Shown here piece by piece: positions 41,381-51,211 of a stretch of 64,000 bases of DNA. Position numbers and translations under genes: made by a program. Source of the stretch: Candidatus Latescibacterota bacterium. GTDB lineage: Bacteria; Latescibacterota; UBA2968. The notes beneath the pieces were generated by a model. That model was not told the DNA's origin and did no database searches. It saw only the letters and a list, made by a program, of their open reading frames with translations. The stretch lies in the NCBI GenBank assembly GCA_965116885.1, contig OZ220741.1:3360001-3424000 (forward strand), read 5' to 3'. Position 1 is the first letter of the stretch; each line of letters starts with the position of its first letter.

Positions 41381-42604
41381 TTACTGTTCTGTCCAACTGG
41401 CGATGAAGTCCGCCGTGCCGTAGTCCGCGGGCATTTCGTTGAAATAGTGCTTCATAGGGATGGACTGAAAGCCCGGTACAAAGTGCTCTTCGTCCGATTG
41501 AAGCAGTGCTTCGAGTGGGCTGAAGCGATCCCAGAGCAAGCGAGCTTCGTCAGAGGTGAATCGTTCGGCGAATTTCGATCCCCAGTTGAGCGTGATGGGA
41601 TGTTTTCCCAGAAGGCGACGCTGGAGGTCTTCGGCGATGCCCTGAAGCGGGGGATCTTTGTGCAGTCGAATCGCAAGTGCCGCCTTGCAGAGAAATACGG
41701 TTGACAGGATTCTGCCTTTTTCGGCTCGCCACGGGTGGAGGTTGTCCAGGGCGCTGAGATACGCGCTGCCATCTGCAGAGAGAACGGCTCTCAGGGCGTC
41801 TTCCGTATGCTGCTTCATCTGTTCGCTGTGGTCGCTCCAGCGCGCGAATGCCTCCTGTGCCTGCGGAGAGATGTGGTCGGCAAACGAGAGGTCGTCAATT
41901 GACGTGTGGGTCGAGAAGCCACCGTGGATGGTTCGCCGCATTTTAGGGCTGTAGTTGCTGCCCCAGTGGAGGATGGGGAGGATATAGACGACGCCGTCAC
42001 CGGCTTCGAGGTGGGTCTGTACGCCATTGGGTAGTGGGCGGCAGGGGTCTGCCAACAATAGTTCGTTCTCTTCGGGGGTGTTCAGTCGCAGATGGCTGCC
42101 GGGTATCACCCAGAGGACGCTGTCATCGTAGAGCGGGATGTTCCACTGGACGTAACGCGGGCCTCCTTCGAGGATGTCGTCGATATAGCCCTGAAGCGGT
42201 GCCGTGTCGATCGGATGGTGATCGCGGTGCCACTTTGCCGGTCCGTGATCTCTGACGGGGTTGCACATCATCATCATTTCCGTGACGGCTCCGTCCGTTA
42301 CATCGAGAAGCTCTGTGCTGACTCCGTGGATGTTTTCCTCAAGCCATACTTCGACCACTGGCGCGGTCTCCTGGTCAATCTGATTGACGAGCGGCGACCT
42401 CGAGAGTTGCAGGCGAGGCTGCGGCGCTGTTTCCCATACGCCACCAGGTGGATCATTGTCCGCACGCTCGGTCTTCCAGTTTTCGCGCTGGCGGTCAACG
42501 AGCGTTTCGTACGCCTGCCGCACGCGTTCGAGTTTGTCGCGTGGCACGGCTTCCTTAACGATAAGGTAGCCGGTTTCCAGAAATTCGTCGCGGTTGAGTT
42601 TCAT
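41381..42604 (-). CDS. PhyH family dioxygenase with C-terminal extension
   Basis: GGAG RBS before ATG 42604; WHRD, WVIPGSH, GDGVVY..ILHWG. Confidence 0.85.
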   Translation of the reverse strand: MKLNRDEFLETGYLIVKEAVPRDKLERVRQAYETLVDRQRENWKTERADNDPPGGVWETAPQPRLQLSRSPLVNQIDQETAPVVEVWLEENIHGVSTELLDVTDGAVTEMMMMCNPVRDHGPAKWHRDHHPIDTAPLQGYIDDILEGGPRYVQWNIPLYDDSVLWVIPGSHLRLNTPEENELLLADPCRPLPNGVQTHLEAGDGVVYILPILHWGSNYSPKMRRTIHGGFSTHTSIDDLSFADHISPQAQEAFARWSDHSEQMKQHTEDALRAVLSADGSAYLSALDNLHPWRAEKGRILSTVFLCKAALAIRLHKDPPLQGIAEDLQRRLLGKHPITLNWGSKFAERFTSDEARLLWDRFSPLEALLQSDEEHFVPGFQSIPMKHYFNEMPADYGTADFIASWTEQ

Positions 42605-42768
42605 GGATGACTCCAATTGGGGTAAAGGTGTGCTTGTGTAACATGGACCTATTACACGTTGGCACAGTGGGATAGGGATAGCAATAGTGGGGAATCCCTT
42701 GACTTTCAAGAGGTCTTTGTTGTACTTTCGATTATCCCAAATAGAGTACTCTATCAAGGAGGAACGAG

Positions 42769-43002
42769 ATGTCTGCGCCATCTCTTCTTAATGAATTAGA
42801 AGAAAACATCCGTCGTTTGCCTTTAGATGATCAATTGTTGCTTATTGAGCGAGTAAGCCATCGGATACGAAATGATATTTCTGTTAAAATGGATATAGAC
42901 GCTCAATTGAGTAAAATGGCCGCTGATCCTGAAATCCAAAAAGAACTTCAGGAGATTGAGCAGGAGTTCTCTGCCACAGAGCAAGACGGGCTGGATGATT
43001 AA
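42769..43002 (+). CDS. Putative antitoxin
   Basis: 77-aa acidic ORF, AGGAGG RBS, TAATG coupling to PemK/MazF toxin. Confidence 0.7.
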   Translation: MSAPSLLNELEENIRRLPLDDQLLLIERVSHRIRNDISVKMDIDAQLSKMAADPEIQKELQEIEQEFSATEQDGLDD

Positions 43003-43349
43003 TGGCTATTGAGCGTGGCGAAATATACTTTGTGAACCTCAACCCGGTGAAAGGGCGCGAGCAAGCAGGTCAACGTCCAGTATTGGTTCTGTCCACAGAT
43101 GCAATTAATCGCTTGCCTCTCGTCGTAACTGTTGTTGTAGGTACCAGTGGTGCTAATATCACCCGGGATTATCCTACAAATATTCGACTGCAGCCAGCAG
43201 AAACAGGTTTAGATTCGGAAACAGTTTTTCTCGGGTTTCAGATTCGATCATTGGATTCAAAACGCTTTCCAGATCGTGCAACAGGCCGAGTTTCAAGAAC
43301 AACTTTAAAAAAGGTAGAGGCGGTTGTTCGATATTGCCTTGGTCTGTAG
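43002..43349 (+). CDS. mazF: PemK/MazF family toxin
   Basis: RGEIYFVNLNPVKGREQAGQRPVLVLS, QIRSLD. Confidence 0.92.
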   Translation: MAIERGEIYFVNLNPVKGREQAGQRPVLVLSTDAINRLPLVVTVVVGTSGANITRDYPTNIRLQPAETGLDSETVFLGFQIRSLDSKRFPDRATGRVSRTTLKKVEAVVRYCLGL

Positions 43350-43380
43350 GTGCGTCTGGTTTTCTCTAAATATAGAAAAT

Positions 43381-43848
43381 CTATCCGGTCTGAATAAGCA
43401 CAAAATCTTCATCATCGCCCGGTGGCTCAAAGCGATTGATGAATTCTGTGAATGCCTGGTCGTTGATCCAAAGTGAATCCTGGTCGTTTTTTGAACGAGT
43501 GAGGGTCCGGTCCCGCAGTACGTCAATGGGAGCGTCGAGGAAATAGAGTTTTGAGTCTGCGCCTATAGCCGCCGCCGCTTGCCTAACATTTTCACGATCC
43601 CTTTTGTACCAGAATCCCCTATCGAGTATGACGTCTGTGCCGAGGGCGAGATTACGCGTGGCAATGCGCCAGATCAGGTTGGAAACGCGGTTGAAAAGTA
43701 CTTCAAATTGATCGGGCGATCTGCCGTAGAGTTGAACCATCCACTCGTCATAAGTGTATCGTATGGCCCCGTGAGTCTCTTCAAGTTCCCGAGCAAAAGT
43801 GGTCTTGCCTGAACCCGGTCGGCCACAGAGTAAGTGAACAGTTGCCAT
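43381..43848 (-). CDS. AAA_33 P-loop kinase-like protein
   Basis: LLCGRPGSGKTT, DEWM, VILDRGFW, RFEPP. Confidence 0.85.
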   Translation of the reverse strand: MATVHLLCGRPGSGKTTFARELEETHGAIRYTYDEWMVQLYGRSPDQFEVLFNRVSNLIWRIATRNLALGTDVILDRGFWYKRDRENVRQAAAAIGADSKLYFLDAPIDVLRDRTLTRSKNDQDSLWINDQAFTEFINRFEPPGDDEDFVLIQTG

Positions 43849-43870
43849 TGTATCTGATGATACCTCTTTT

Positions 43871-44686
43871 TCAATCATCAGGCCTTTGCCCGATGTAGAG
43901 TATGTGTCTGGATGAAGCTACCATGCTTTGTTCGGCGCTGATTTCGAATAGGAGATCCAACCAGAGGTCTCTCTGTTTTCCTGTAAGCGTGTTGTAGCTT
44001 TCGTCGTTTGCGGAGATAGCTGGCTCGACACCTGCAATTTTGAGGGTGCGGAATCCCACGTGTTCATGCATGGGGGCGATTTCTTCCTGCCGGACATAAT
44101 AGCCGCGGAAGCCACCTTTTGGGGCATTGGCAGGGCGTTGGCCTTGTTCTATGTGTGACCAAACCTCTTCCTGATTCTCAATCCACGAAGGATTGTCCTT
44201 AACGAGGGCTCCAAGAATACCGAATCTGGAAATCATTGCAGAAAAGATTACGCCTCCTGGTTTCAGGCAATCGTAAGCGGACCGCAGGGCTGCTGTTCGG
44301 TCGGTTTCAAGTAGCAGGTGATACAGAGGTCCCATAAGGAGAACAGCATCGAACTCGCCGCGCGGAATCCCATCCAGTTTTCGCGCATCGCCAGTGCGGA
44401 AATCGATTTGATCAGAGAGCCCAAGCTCTTCCGCTTTCGCTTTGCATCGGGTGACGTACTCGTCGGCGAGGTCAATAGCCGTGATCTGGTAGCCACGTTT
44501 TGCCAGGGGAAAGGTGTAAAATCCCGTGCCGAAACCAATTTCGAGGAGCCTGCCGCGAGGTGGGAGGTATAGGTTTAGATAGCGCCAGGTGATATCCGCT
44601 TCGAGTTGGTGGCGTTCCAACCTGTTTGCCTCTGCGTCCCAGGCAGCATTGTAAAACTCGCGTATATCGGTCAGGTCGTCCGTCAT
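43871..44686 (-). CDS. Class I SAM-dependent methyltransferase
   Basis: LLEIGFGTG, GDAR, FDAVLLMGPLYHL, LKPGG. Confidence 0.92.
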   Translation of the reverse strand: MTDDLTDIREFYNAAWDAEANRLERHQLEADITWRYLNLYLPPRGRLLEIGFGTGFYTFPLAKRGYQITAIDLADEYVTRCKAKAEELGLSDQIDFRTGDARKLDGIPRGEFDAVLLMGPLYHLLLETDRTAALRSAYDCLKPGGVIFSAMISRFGILGALVKDNPSWIENQEEVWSHIEQGQRPANAPKGGFRGYYVRQEEIAPMHEHVGFRTLKIAGVEPAISANDESYNTLTGKQRDLWLDLLFEISAEQSMVASSRHILYIGQRPDD

Positions 44687-44700
44687 GTCAGAGAATTGCT

Positions 44701-44724
44701 CTATGTGTCTGTGGCACTTTTCAT
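44701..44724 (-). other. 7-aa junction mini-ORF MKSATDT
   Basis: TAATG overlap with msrP stop; ends 14 nt before the next ATG. Confidence 0.4.
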
Positions 44725-45800
44725 TACCTCGGTTCGTTGGGATATAAATTCATTACATATTGGTCATATCCGTTGAACAGCAGGGTCGGACGTATTTCGG
44801 GGTTCGCAGGATCGGTGGTGATAAACCGTTCCTGAGCTTGAGACCACCGGGGGTGGGCGACTTTGGGATTGACATTGGCAAAGAAGCCGTATTCTCTTGG
44901 AACGAGGGTATTCCAGAAGGTTCTCGGTTGCTCGCGGACAAACTCAATACTCACGATCGATTTGATGCTCTTAAAACCGTACTTCCAGGGCGCAATAAGA
45001 CGGATGGGCGACCCGTGCTGGTTGGGCATTTCGTGCCCGTAAATCCCCGTGGCGATAAAAGCGAGTTCGTTTGTCGCTTCTTCCATCGTCAGCCCTTCAA
45101 CATAGGGCCAGGGATACCTTGGGGTATTCAACTGTCCAATAGCCTGATTTGGGTCCAGGAAGGTTGTCATCTTGACGAATTTTGCCGTAGAAAGCGGTTG
45201 TACCAAATCTATGAGGGCTTTCATCGGAAAACCGGTCCACGGTATCGCCATAGACCACGCCTCCACACACCGCAAGCGGTAAAGCCGTTCCTCCAGCGGG
45301 ATAGCGCGGACCAGGTCGCCAAAATCGTATGTCTTTTCCTGTGGGACCTCTCCTTTGATTACTACTGTCCAGGGATCTGTCATGAAGTTTTCCGACAGAG
45401 GCTTTACCAGAGTCTTGTTGGTGCTGAATTCATAAAAATTATTGTACGATCCGGCTACCGATTCCTCGGTTAAAGGCCGGTCCAGTTCCTTGAATTGCTC
45501 ATTGAGCCCGGCGGGATAAAGTGGCTGCGGCGGCTGTGGTGGTTGCGGCGGATCCGGCGGTTGCTGTGGCGGTTGTGGCGGTTGCTGTGGATCCTGAGGT
45601 TGCTGAGGTTGTTGCGGCTGTTGCGGCTCCTCAGTCGGCGTAGTGGGTGCTCTTTCAGCGGGGGTAAAAATCTTCTCATGTCCGCAGCCTGCTAACGCTC
45701 CCAGGGCACCTCCTGCGGCTACCATAAACTTTCGCCGGTTCATATAAACATCTTCTGGCGTTGCTTCTCTCTCGGGTATTTCCCAACCTCGTTTTGGCAT
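44724..45800 (-). CDS. msrP: Protein-methionine-sulfoxide reductase catalytic subunit with Pro/Gln-rich linker
   Basis: ATPEDVYMNRRKF Tat signal, YNNFYEF, RLRCVEAWS, PWKYGFKSIKSI, NVNP.V.HPRWSQ. Confidence 0.93.
   Translation of the reverse strand: MPKRGWEIPEREATPEDVYMNRRKFMVAAGGALGALAGCGHEKIFTPAERAPTTPTEEPQQPQQPQQPQDPQQPPQPPQQPPDPPQPPQPPQPLYPAGLNEQFKELDRPLTEESVAGSYNNFYEFSTNKTLVKPLSENFMTDPWTVVIKGEVPQEKTYDFGDLVRAIPLEERLYRLRCVEAWSMAIPWTGFPMKALIDLVQPLSTAKFVKMTTFLDPNQAIGQLNTPRYPWPYVEGLTMEEATNELAFIATGIYGHEMPNQHGSPIRLIAPWKYGFKSIKSIVSIEFVREQPRTFWNTLVPREYGFFANVNPKVAHPRWSQAQERFITTDPANPEIRPTLLFNGYDQYVMNLYPNEPR
45522..45630 (-). repeat. Coding low-complexity (P-Q-Q/P-Q-P) repeat in msrP
   Basis: Encodes PQQPQQPQQPQDPQQPPQPPQQPPDPPQPPQPPQP. 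Confidence 0.85.
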
Positions 45801-45826
45801 ATCAACCTCCTCAATCAGGTCCCGGC

Positions 45827-46678
45827 TTATCTTTTAAATGCTATTCCAAACAAAAATGTATTTCCCGCAGTGGTGTTGCAGCCCGCTGCGATGCGAATCA
45901 TATCCGCACTCAGTTCCAGCCAATCGGTTAAACGGTAAATCACTCCAGGAGAGAGTTTTAAGACACTCTGATCACCGATCAGTTCTACTTCCCCAACCGG
46001 GTTGCACGTTCCGAAGGTACGGATACCCGAAAGATACCCTTTGAACAGGAATCGGTCCACTGTAATCCCGACCTCCAGGGCATAAAATCCTTCATTACTG
46101 ACATCTCCTCCGCGGACCCGGTAGCCTATCTCTCCAGTCACGTAAATCGGAGCGGGGTACAGAGATTGGCCCAGTAGCAGCCGAATATCTGCATCCATCT
46201 TTTTAGAACTCAGGGGAACCCGTGTGTTGGGATCTTCATCGTACCACAGTGGAATTTTACCCCCTATAGCAATCGATGCGACCACGGGCTGATTGGCTAA
46301 AAGCCATCGCAAACGCATTTCCATGTCGCCAAAACCCCATCGACGCTCCAGAGCTGTTCCAGTAATAACCAAATCGAGATCCCTCAGGGTGCGGGTATCC
46401 TGCAGCCGTTTGTAGGGGACGGAAGATACAAGCGTTAGCCGGTCCAGCAGGCCGTATTCCAGATAGGCAGAATAATTGAGGTCTCTCAGTTCTCCCATAT
46501 TTGCCTTCTGAATCTGCTTGCCGTCGGCATCAATATCTATGGTCGAGTTCAAATAGCTGGCTCCGACCTTAAAATAATAGCCACCCTTATTCTGCGTCCA
46601 CGCACCGGCAAATGCCGCAGACGGCAGGCCCAGATAGGTGGCGCATATAGCGAGAAAAAACAGACTTCGATATATCAT
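45827..46678 (-). CDS. Hypothetical outer-membrane beta-barrel-like protein
   Basis: Signal peptide ending AFA-GAWT; YLEYGL, GFGD, amphipathic strands; frame also open back to ATG 46765. Confidence 0.65.
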   Translation of the reverse strand: MIYRSLFFLAICATYLGLPSAAFAGAWTQNKGGYYFKVGASYLNSTIDIDADGKQIQKANMGELRDLNYSAYLEYGLLDRLTLVSSVPYKRLQDTRTLRDLDLVITGTALERRWGFGDMEMRLRWLLANQPVVASIAIGGKIPLWYDEDPNTRVPLSSKKMDADIRLLLGQSLYPAPIYVTGEIGYRVRGGDVSNEGFYALEVGITVDRFLFKGYLSGIRTFGTCNPVGEVELIGDQSVLKLSPGVIYRLTDWLELSADMIRIAAGCNTTAGNTFLFGIAFKR

Positions 46679-46761
46679 TGGTTTACCCCATATTTCGAGA
46701 GGTTTTATTGATGGTGCGGTCAGCATTATAAAGCCTATAATAGATTTAAGTTCCCCTTCCC

Positions 46762-48255
46762 TCATTCCTCTTCGATCACGGCCGTGTGGGCAGTCATCGC
46801 CGCACTGGGCGAGAGTCGCGGTCTCAGGTTGCTGGCAGTCGTCAGACCCCGGAGCCTTACTTGCCGGCAAGGGGTGTATGGGAAAGGACGTTCCTCAGAC
46901 GCGGAGGCCTGTTCGACGCCATCGTGGAAGTCGTCCGGGGCGGTGAAGAAGTACATGCCCTGGTAATTCTCGGGCGTATTGGAATCATCTACGAATAGTC
47001 CGTCGATAACGACTTCTTCGGGCATAGAGCAGGGATATCCGAAATCGTGCATGCCGTCGTTGGAAACATTGATCATGTGTGGCTGACTGATATCTCCACA
47101 AGCCGGAATCCATCGGCAGTTGCGGATCTTGAGCGATCCCTCCCAGGTGCTGCCATAGTCGCGTCGAAAGGAGACCAGGCTGCTGCCGTATAATGTGGAA
47201 TCCTCAAGTGTCAGTTGGCCCCGACCGATCGCATTCAGCCCCATATGACCCAGGGTGCAGCGACGGATGACGTAGGTGCCGGAAACGCCCATGTGTGTGT
47301 CCATTCTGGAGAGATGGCAGTCCTCGAGCAGGATGTCCTTGCAGAAGTTGGATCCGATCACGCCCCAGCGCGTGCGGTCGGTGATGTGGTTCATCCGACA
47401 TCCAATCATTGTGAATCCCACGACGTTGTTCGCATTGTAGTCGTAGGTGCCCATGCTGACTGGCTTACCCGCCGCGCCGATGGTCGAGTAGATTTTGTGT
47501 CCGGTGGCAAAGCAGTTGCGCAGCGTGATGTGGGCACACTGTTGCACGCTGATGAATCCGGAATAGGGACAGCCCACGGCTGTTTCGCCGACGACATAGT
47601 GGGTCAGACCCGCGACTTCCGTGTTCGATCGGGAGATCACAATGTTCCGATTCCAGTAGTTGTAACCATTCGGGTGGTGCTCGCGGTTGGCAAATGTGGT
47701 AAAGACGCCGCCGCGCAGGTAGAGCGTCTGCTCGTCAATGGGGCGTGCCTCCACCCGGGTAATGAGATCGTATTCCCAATCGATGTCCGCCTCCACCGAG
47801 CCGTCTCGACGCAGGACGAAGCAGTCGTGCTGGGGAACACCGTCGTTCTGGTTTAGCCCCCGCCGGATATACATCCTCTTGTGTGCGTTTTCCACGAGGA
47901 CGTGACAGTCGCGCTTCGGCCGCGCATCCACCTGTCTCTGGTCTCTCGTGAGTTGATCGATTTGCAACTCCTCCGGCTCTAACAGCGAGCGTACTTCAAA
48001 GAGATGCGCCTTGTGGTCTTCAACCTGCGTGTCGTCGATTGTAAAACGGGAGGTGTTCCAGTCGGTATCGGTCGCGATCACGGCGGTCAGCGCCTGGCCA
48101 CCGAGATGGTATGTCGCGTCGGGCTTTGTCCTGACGCTCAGGCCGTGCGCGTTGGCGTAGGCGTGTGCCTCGCAGATCGCTGGCATGTCATCCGCGACGC
48201 CGTCGCCCTTTGCACCGAAAGCCTCGTAGTCTATCAGGCCGTCTTTGAAATCCAT
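46762..48255 (-). CDS. Right-handed beta-helix (pectate-lyase-like) protein
   Basis: YEAFGAKGDGVADDMPAI N-terminal motif; repeated I.L.NC strands. Confidence 0.7.
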   Translation of the reverse strand: MDFKDGLIDYEAFGAKGDGVADDMPAICEAHAYANAHGLSVRTKPDATYHLGGQALTAVIATDTDWNTSRFTIDDTQVEDHKAHLFEVRSLLEPEELQIDQLTRDQRQVDARPKRDCHVLVENAHKRMYIRRGLNQNDGVPQHDCFVLRRDGSVEADIDWEYDLITRVEARPIDEQTLYLRGGVFTTFANREHHPNGYNYWNRNIVISRSNTEVAGLTHYVVGETAVGCPYSGFISVQQCAHITLRNCFATGHKIYSTIGAAGKPVSMGTYDYNANNVVGFTMIGCRMNHITDRTRWGVIGSNFCKDILLEDCHLSRMDTHMGVSGTYVIRRCTLGHMGLNAIGRGQLTLEDSTLYGSSLVSFRRDYGSTWEGSLKIRNCRWIPACGDISQPHMINVSNDGMHDFGYPCSMPEEVVIDGLFVDDSNTPENYQGMYFFTAPDDFHDGVEQASASEERPFPYTPCRQVRLRGLTTASNLRPRLSPSAAMTAHTAVIEEE

Positions 48256-48274
48256 GGATGTCTCCTTTTAAATG

Positions 48275-48781
48275 CTATCTCGGTCCCTTGTATTTCCTAC
48301 CGCGATCAGCCACACGGCGTTCTCTGAGCAAAGCCATGATTGGGACACCGTAACCACAACTCGTTTGCGTTTTTTCAATGTTCACTTCGATCACTTGCCG
48401 AGGTTTATTCAATTCTTGAGCAGGTCTTTTGAGCATCTTACGCGCGAGGGGCGAGTCGTCAAGCTCAACGATCCGTGCATGTCCGTAGAGTCGGACGATT
48501 CCCGCGTCACCTTCCTCAAAGGAGCACACCATAATAGTGATTGGACCTCCAGAGATCGCATGACGCGCTGTCTCGTTTCCACTGCCGGGATAGTCGAGGT
48601 AAGCAATGCGATTTGGCGTGAGAATATGCAAGGGCGTTCCACCCTTTGGCGACAAATTTAAAGCACCTGTCCCATCGGGGCCGTTTTCCAAATTTGGATC
48701 GGCTGTCGCCACAAAGAATAGGGGCGCGTTCTTGATTAGCGCAGCTTGTTCATCTGTTATAGAAGTATATTGCGTTGCCAT
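48275..48781 (-). CDS. Pyridoxamine 5'-phosphate oxidase family protein
   Basis: FFVATA, NLSPKG, YLDYPGSGNETARH, QTSCGYGVP. Confidence 0.9.
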   Translation of the reverse strand: MATQYTSITDEQAALIKNAPLFFVATADPNLENGPDGTGALNLSPKGGTPLHILTPNRIAYLDYPGSGNETARHAISGGPITIMVCSFEEGDAGIVRLYGHARIVELDDSPLARKMLKRPAQELNKPRQVIEVNIEKTQTSCGYGVPIMALLRERRVADRGRKYKGPR

Positions 48782-48844
48782 TTCACTTATGTCTCCTTTT
48801 AGCGACGGTATTTGACTAACTCAGTTGTGACCTTATGGAAAAGA

Positions 48845-49318
48845 TCAGGCTGAATCTCTGAACAGTAGATCATCCCTAATTCTTGCGCAAATTTCATTCA
48901 TTTGATCTTCACTTACTCTTTTCTCTGGAGAGACTCCCAAATAGCCAAATACTTGCACGCTGCGCCGGTTGGCTGGTAGGTTAGCCATTCGTGGCACAAT
49001 ATGGAAATGAACATGCGGGTGATCCTCGTGTTCGGCAAATTGAATCACGTATGTTTTCTCGCATCCGATTACACTTTTGAGGGATGAGGAAACACGGCGA
49101 ATCAGTGAGCCCAATTCAGCGGCTTCCTGCTCAGTAAGCTCATCAAGAGATTCAATGTGTCGCTGCAGAACCAACACCAGCCACCCGAGCAAAGCGGTGT
49201 TGTATGCATGCGCCACGTCCCAGTATTCGGTCTGGTAAATGCAGTCCCAAAGTGGTGCCTTACCCAGTCTTCTTTGTGCTGTTAATTCGCACGTCTTGCA
49301 CCTGCCACTACCGTTCAT
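48845..49318 (-). CDS. HIT family protein
   Basis: CKTC, GWLVLVLQRH, HVHFHIVPR. Confidence 0.92.
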   Translation of the reverse strand: MNGSGRCKTCELTAQRRLGKAPLWDCIYQTEYWDVAHAYNTALLGWLVLVLQRHIESLDELTEQEAAELGSLIRRVSSSLKSVIGCEKTYVIQFAEHEDHPHVHFHIVPRMANLPANRRSVQVFGYLGVSPEKRVSEDQMNEICARIRDDLLFRDSA

Positions 49319-49341
49319 ATCGGCCTCGTATTAGTTGACAT
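49315..49341 (-). other. 8-aa junction mini-ORF MSTNTRPI
   Basis: Starts 2 nt after the transferase-remnant TAA; ATGA overlap with HIT start. Confidence 0.45.
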
Positions 49342-49343
49342 GT

Positions 49344-49642
49344 TTACACGTCATGTATAATCCATACATTGGGTTCTTCGTGATAGCCAATGTTGTTTTC
49401 TCGGTCAATTGATACGAGTGCCAACGCCCCTGGAACGACGTATTTACCCGATGTTGGAAAGGACATGTCCGTCCATTTCTCCCAATCATTGACTGTACCT
49501 CGGACAGACATTGATTTCGGTGCCGCCCGTGCAATCCGACCTCCAATCTTCCAATGTACTCGGGCCAGTTCGTTCGGGAATCCCATGTCTGCTCTCGCAG
49601 ATCGGGTCGCTCGATATGCGAATACACAGTCAACTTTTTCAC
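49344..49642 (-). pseudogene. Internally deleted, frameshifted transferase (GNAT-like) gene
   Basis: N-terminal ERPDL...WPEY in one frame joined to C-terminal RVHWKIGG...GTVNDWEKWTDMSFPTSGKYVVPGAL...EPNVW in another. Confidence 0.7.
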
Positions 49643-49668
49643 AGTATTTCGTAATTCCTTCCGAGCAT
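49639..49668 (-). other. 9-aa junction mini-ORF MLGRNYEIL
   Basis: TAATG overlap with upstream stop and GTGA overlap with downstream start. Confidence 0.5.
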
Positions 49669-50540
49669 TAACAAAGAAGCGTTGATGTTTTATTTATAGC
49701 GTCAGCCAGCAATTGGAATCCTCCGTCGCGTTTATAGGTACTCAGCCAATTTCCGCTCACAAATTCAAAATCGCCGGTCTCTGTATCGAGCGCACCAATA
49801 CATCCTTCATTTATAACCTGCAATGTTGGGGCTCTAGGGTTGCTCACTATGCTGGCAATCTGAATGCACTCCGTCTCGAACACTTTTCTCGGAGCGACTG
49901 GATGGTGAAAGTGTCCAAATACATGGTAGCGAGGTTTCGATATCCTCAGATATTCGAGCAAAGCCTGAGGCCCTTCGGCGAGATTATACGCATCGGCACC
50001 AAGTCCAAATCCTCCCTCATGTGAAACGAGAATATCTATACCCTTTGAATGGTTGTGTTGAAGAGCCTCCGGATCTCCTCCTTCACAAAAGCCAATTACT
50101 TCTTGTTCAATCTCAAGTGTAAAGCCATCCGGTACGCACTTGAAGAGACCATGTGGGTCAAGTGGAATGGGTACAGAAGATTTTGTCTCTACAGAATTTC
50201 GGATAGCAGCGAATTCGTCGTGATTGCCTGCTACAACAAGGATCGAAGATGTCAATTGCGCCCGTGTATCGCGTGCTAATTGAGCATCTGTCCCTTCTGC
50301 CAGGATGAGGCTACACAAATCGTACACAGCCGGATCCCACTGTGAGAACCTGTCGTATGGAATCTCACCGCTCTGCGGCAGTGGCATAACTCCCAGATCG
50401 CCAACCTGAACGACAAGGTCAAACATCTTTTTTCGCATTGACTGCCAGATCAGAAGAATGGCAAGAGCATGGCATGCGCGTCCGTGTATATCACCTATGA
50501 AACCTATAATCAATTTAAGTTCCTTCCATTGATTTATCAC
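49668..50540 (-). CDS. Calcineurin-like metallophosphoesterase (start possibly TTG 50513)
   Basis: GDIHG, VGDLG, AGNHD, VSHE, FGHFH. Confidence 0.9.
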   Translation of the reverse strand: MINQWKELKLIIGFIGDIHGRACHALAILLIWQSMRKKMFDLVVQVGDLGVMPLPQSGEIPYDRFSQWDPAVYDLCSLILAEGTDAQLARDTRAQLTSSILVVAGNHDEFAAIRNSVETKSSVPIPLDPHGLFKCVPDGFTLEIEQEVIGFCEGGDPEALQHNHSKGIDILVSHEGGFGLGADAYNLAEGPQALLEYLRISKPRYHVFGHFHHPVAPRKVFETECIQIASIVSNPRAPTLQVINEGCIGALDTETGDFEFVSGNWLSTYKRDGGFQLLADAINKTSTLLC

Positions 50541-51183
50541 CTGACCTGCCTGTAAAAACTACCACTTTATACTCAATCTCCATATCTACTTTGCTACCTA
50601 ATTTACTCCCATTGAGCGTCCAATAAAATGACAGAAGTTCCTGGGCTTCCTCTATGGAGTCAAACTTAAAACTGGTCTCCAAAATATGACTGTCAAAACC
50701 TCTCTTGTGCCACCAGGATGAATCACTGGAAATATCGCGCTCAAAAAGACCGCAGAATGCATCATTTCCCGCATTATCTACAATACAGATTGGCCCTTGA
50801 GGCTTGATCACTCTGGTCAATTCTTCCAAGCCCTCTTTTCCATATCCTATGGCAGGAAAAAAATACGCCCAGGTAGCATAGGCTCCTTCAAAGGAATTTG
50901 ATCTGAAGGGAAGTTCCTGTGCAATACCTCTGACCCAGGGAAGGGATTGATTGCGATCAATCATATTATTTGACGGCTCATAGGGTATCACTCTTCTATT
51001 ACTTCTGGTTAGCAAAGCTGCTGTATATCCATTTCCCGCGCCAATGTCAATCACCAGTCCAGGAGGCAAGATTTGATCGAGGTGCTCAATGACGACACCG
51101 TCTTTATCCATACATCGCCGCTCAATCTCAAATAAGTGCCGGTTCCTCGATCCGTAGAATGGTATGATCTTGCTTGTATTCAT
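50515..51183 (-). CDS. Class I SAM-dependent methyltransferase
   Basis: VIDIGAGNG, AQELPF, RVIKPQG. Confidence 0.85.
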   Translation of the reverse strand: MNTSKIIPFYGSRNRHLFEIERRCMDKDGVVIEHLDQILPPGLVIDIGAGNGYTAALLTRSNRRVIPYEPSNNMIDRNQSLPWVRGIAQELPFRSNSFEGAYATWAYFFPAIGYGKEGLEELTRVIKPQGPICIVDNAGNDAFCGLFERDISSDSSWWHKRGFDSHILETSFKFDSIEEAQELLSFYWTLNGSKLGSKVDMEIEYKVVVFTGRSGDKSMEGT

Positions 51184-51211
51184 TTCGATTATTATCACCA
51201 AATACTGCAAG

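Noticed and set aside
42605..42781. 59-codon N-terminal extension of the PhyH gene
   Set aside because: Spans the divergent promoter region and overlaps the antitoxin start; RBS supports ATG 42604
45522..45630. CRISPR-like or intergenic repeat array
   Set aside because: In-frame Pro/Gln coding repeat within msrP with no repeat-spacer structure
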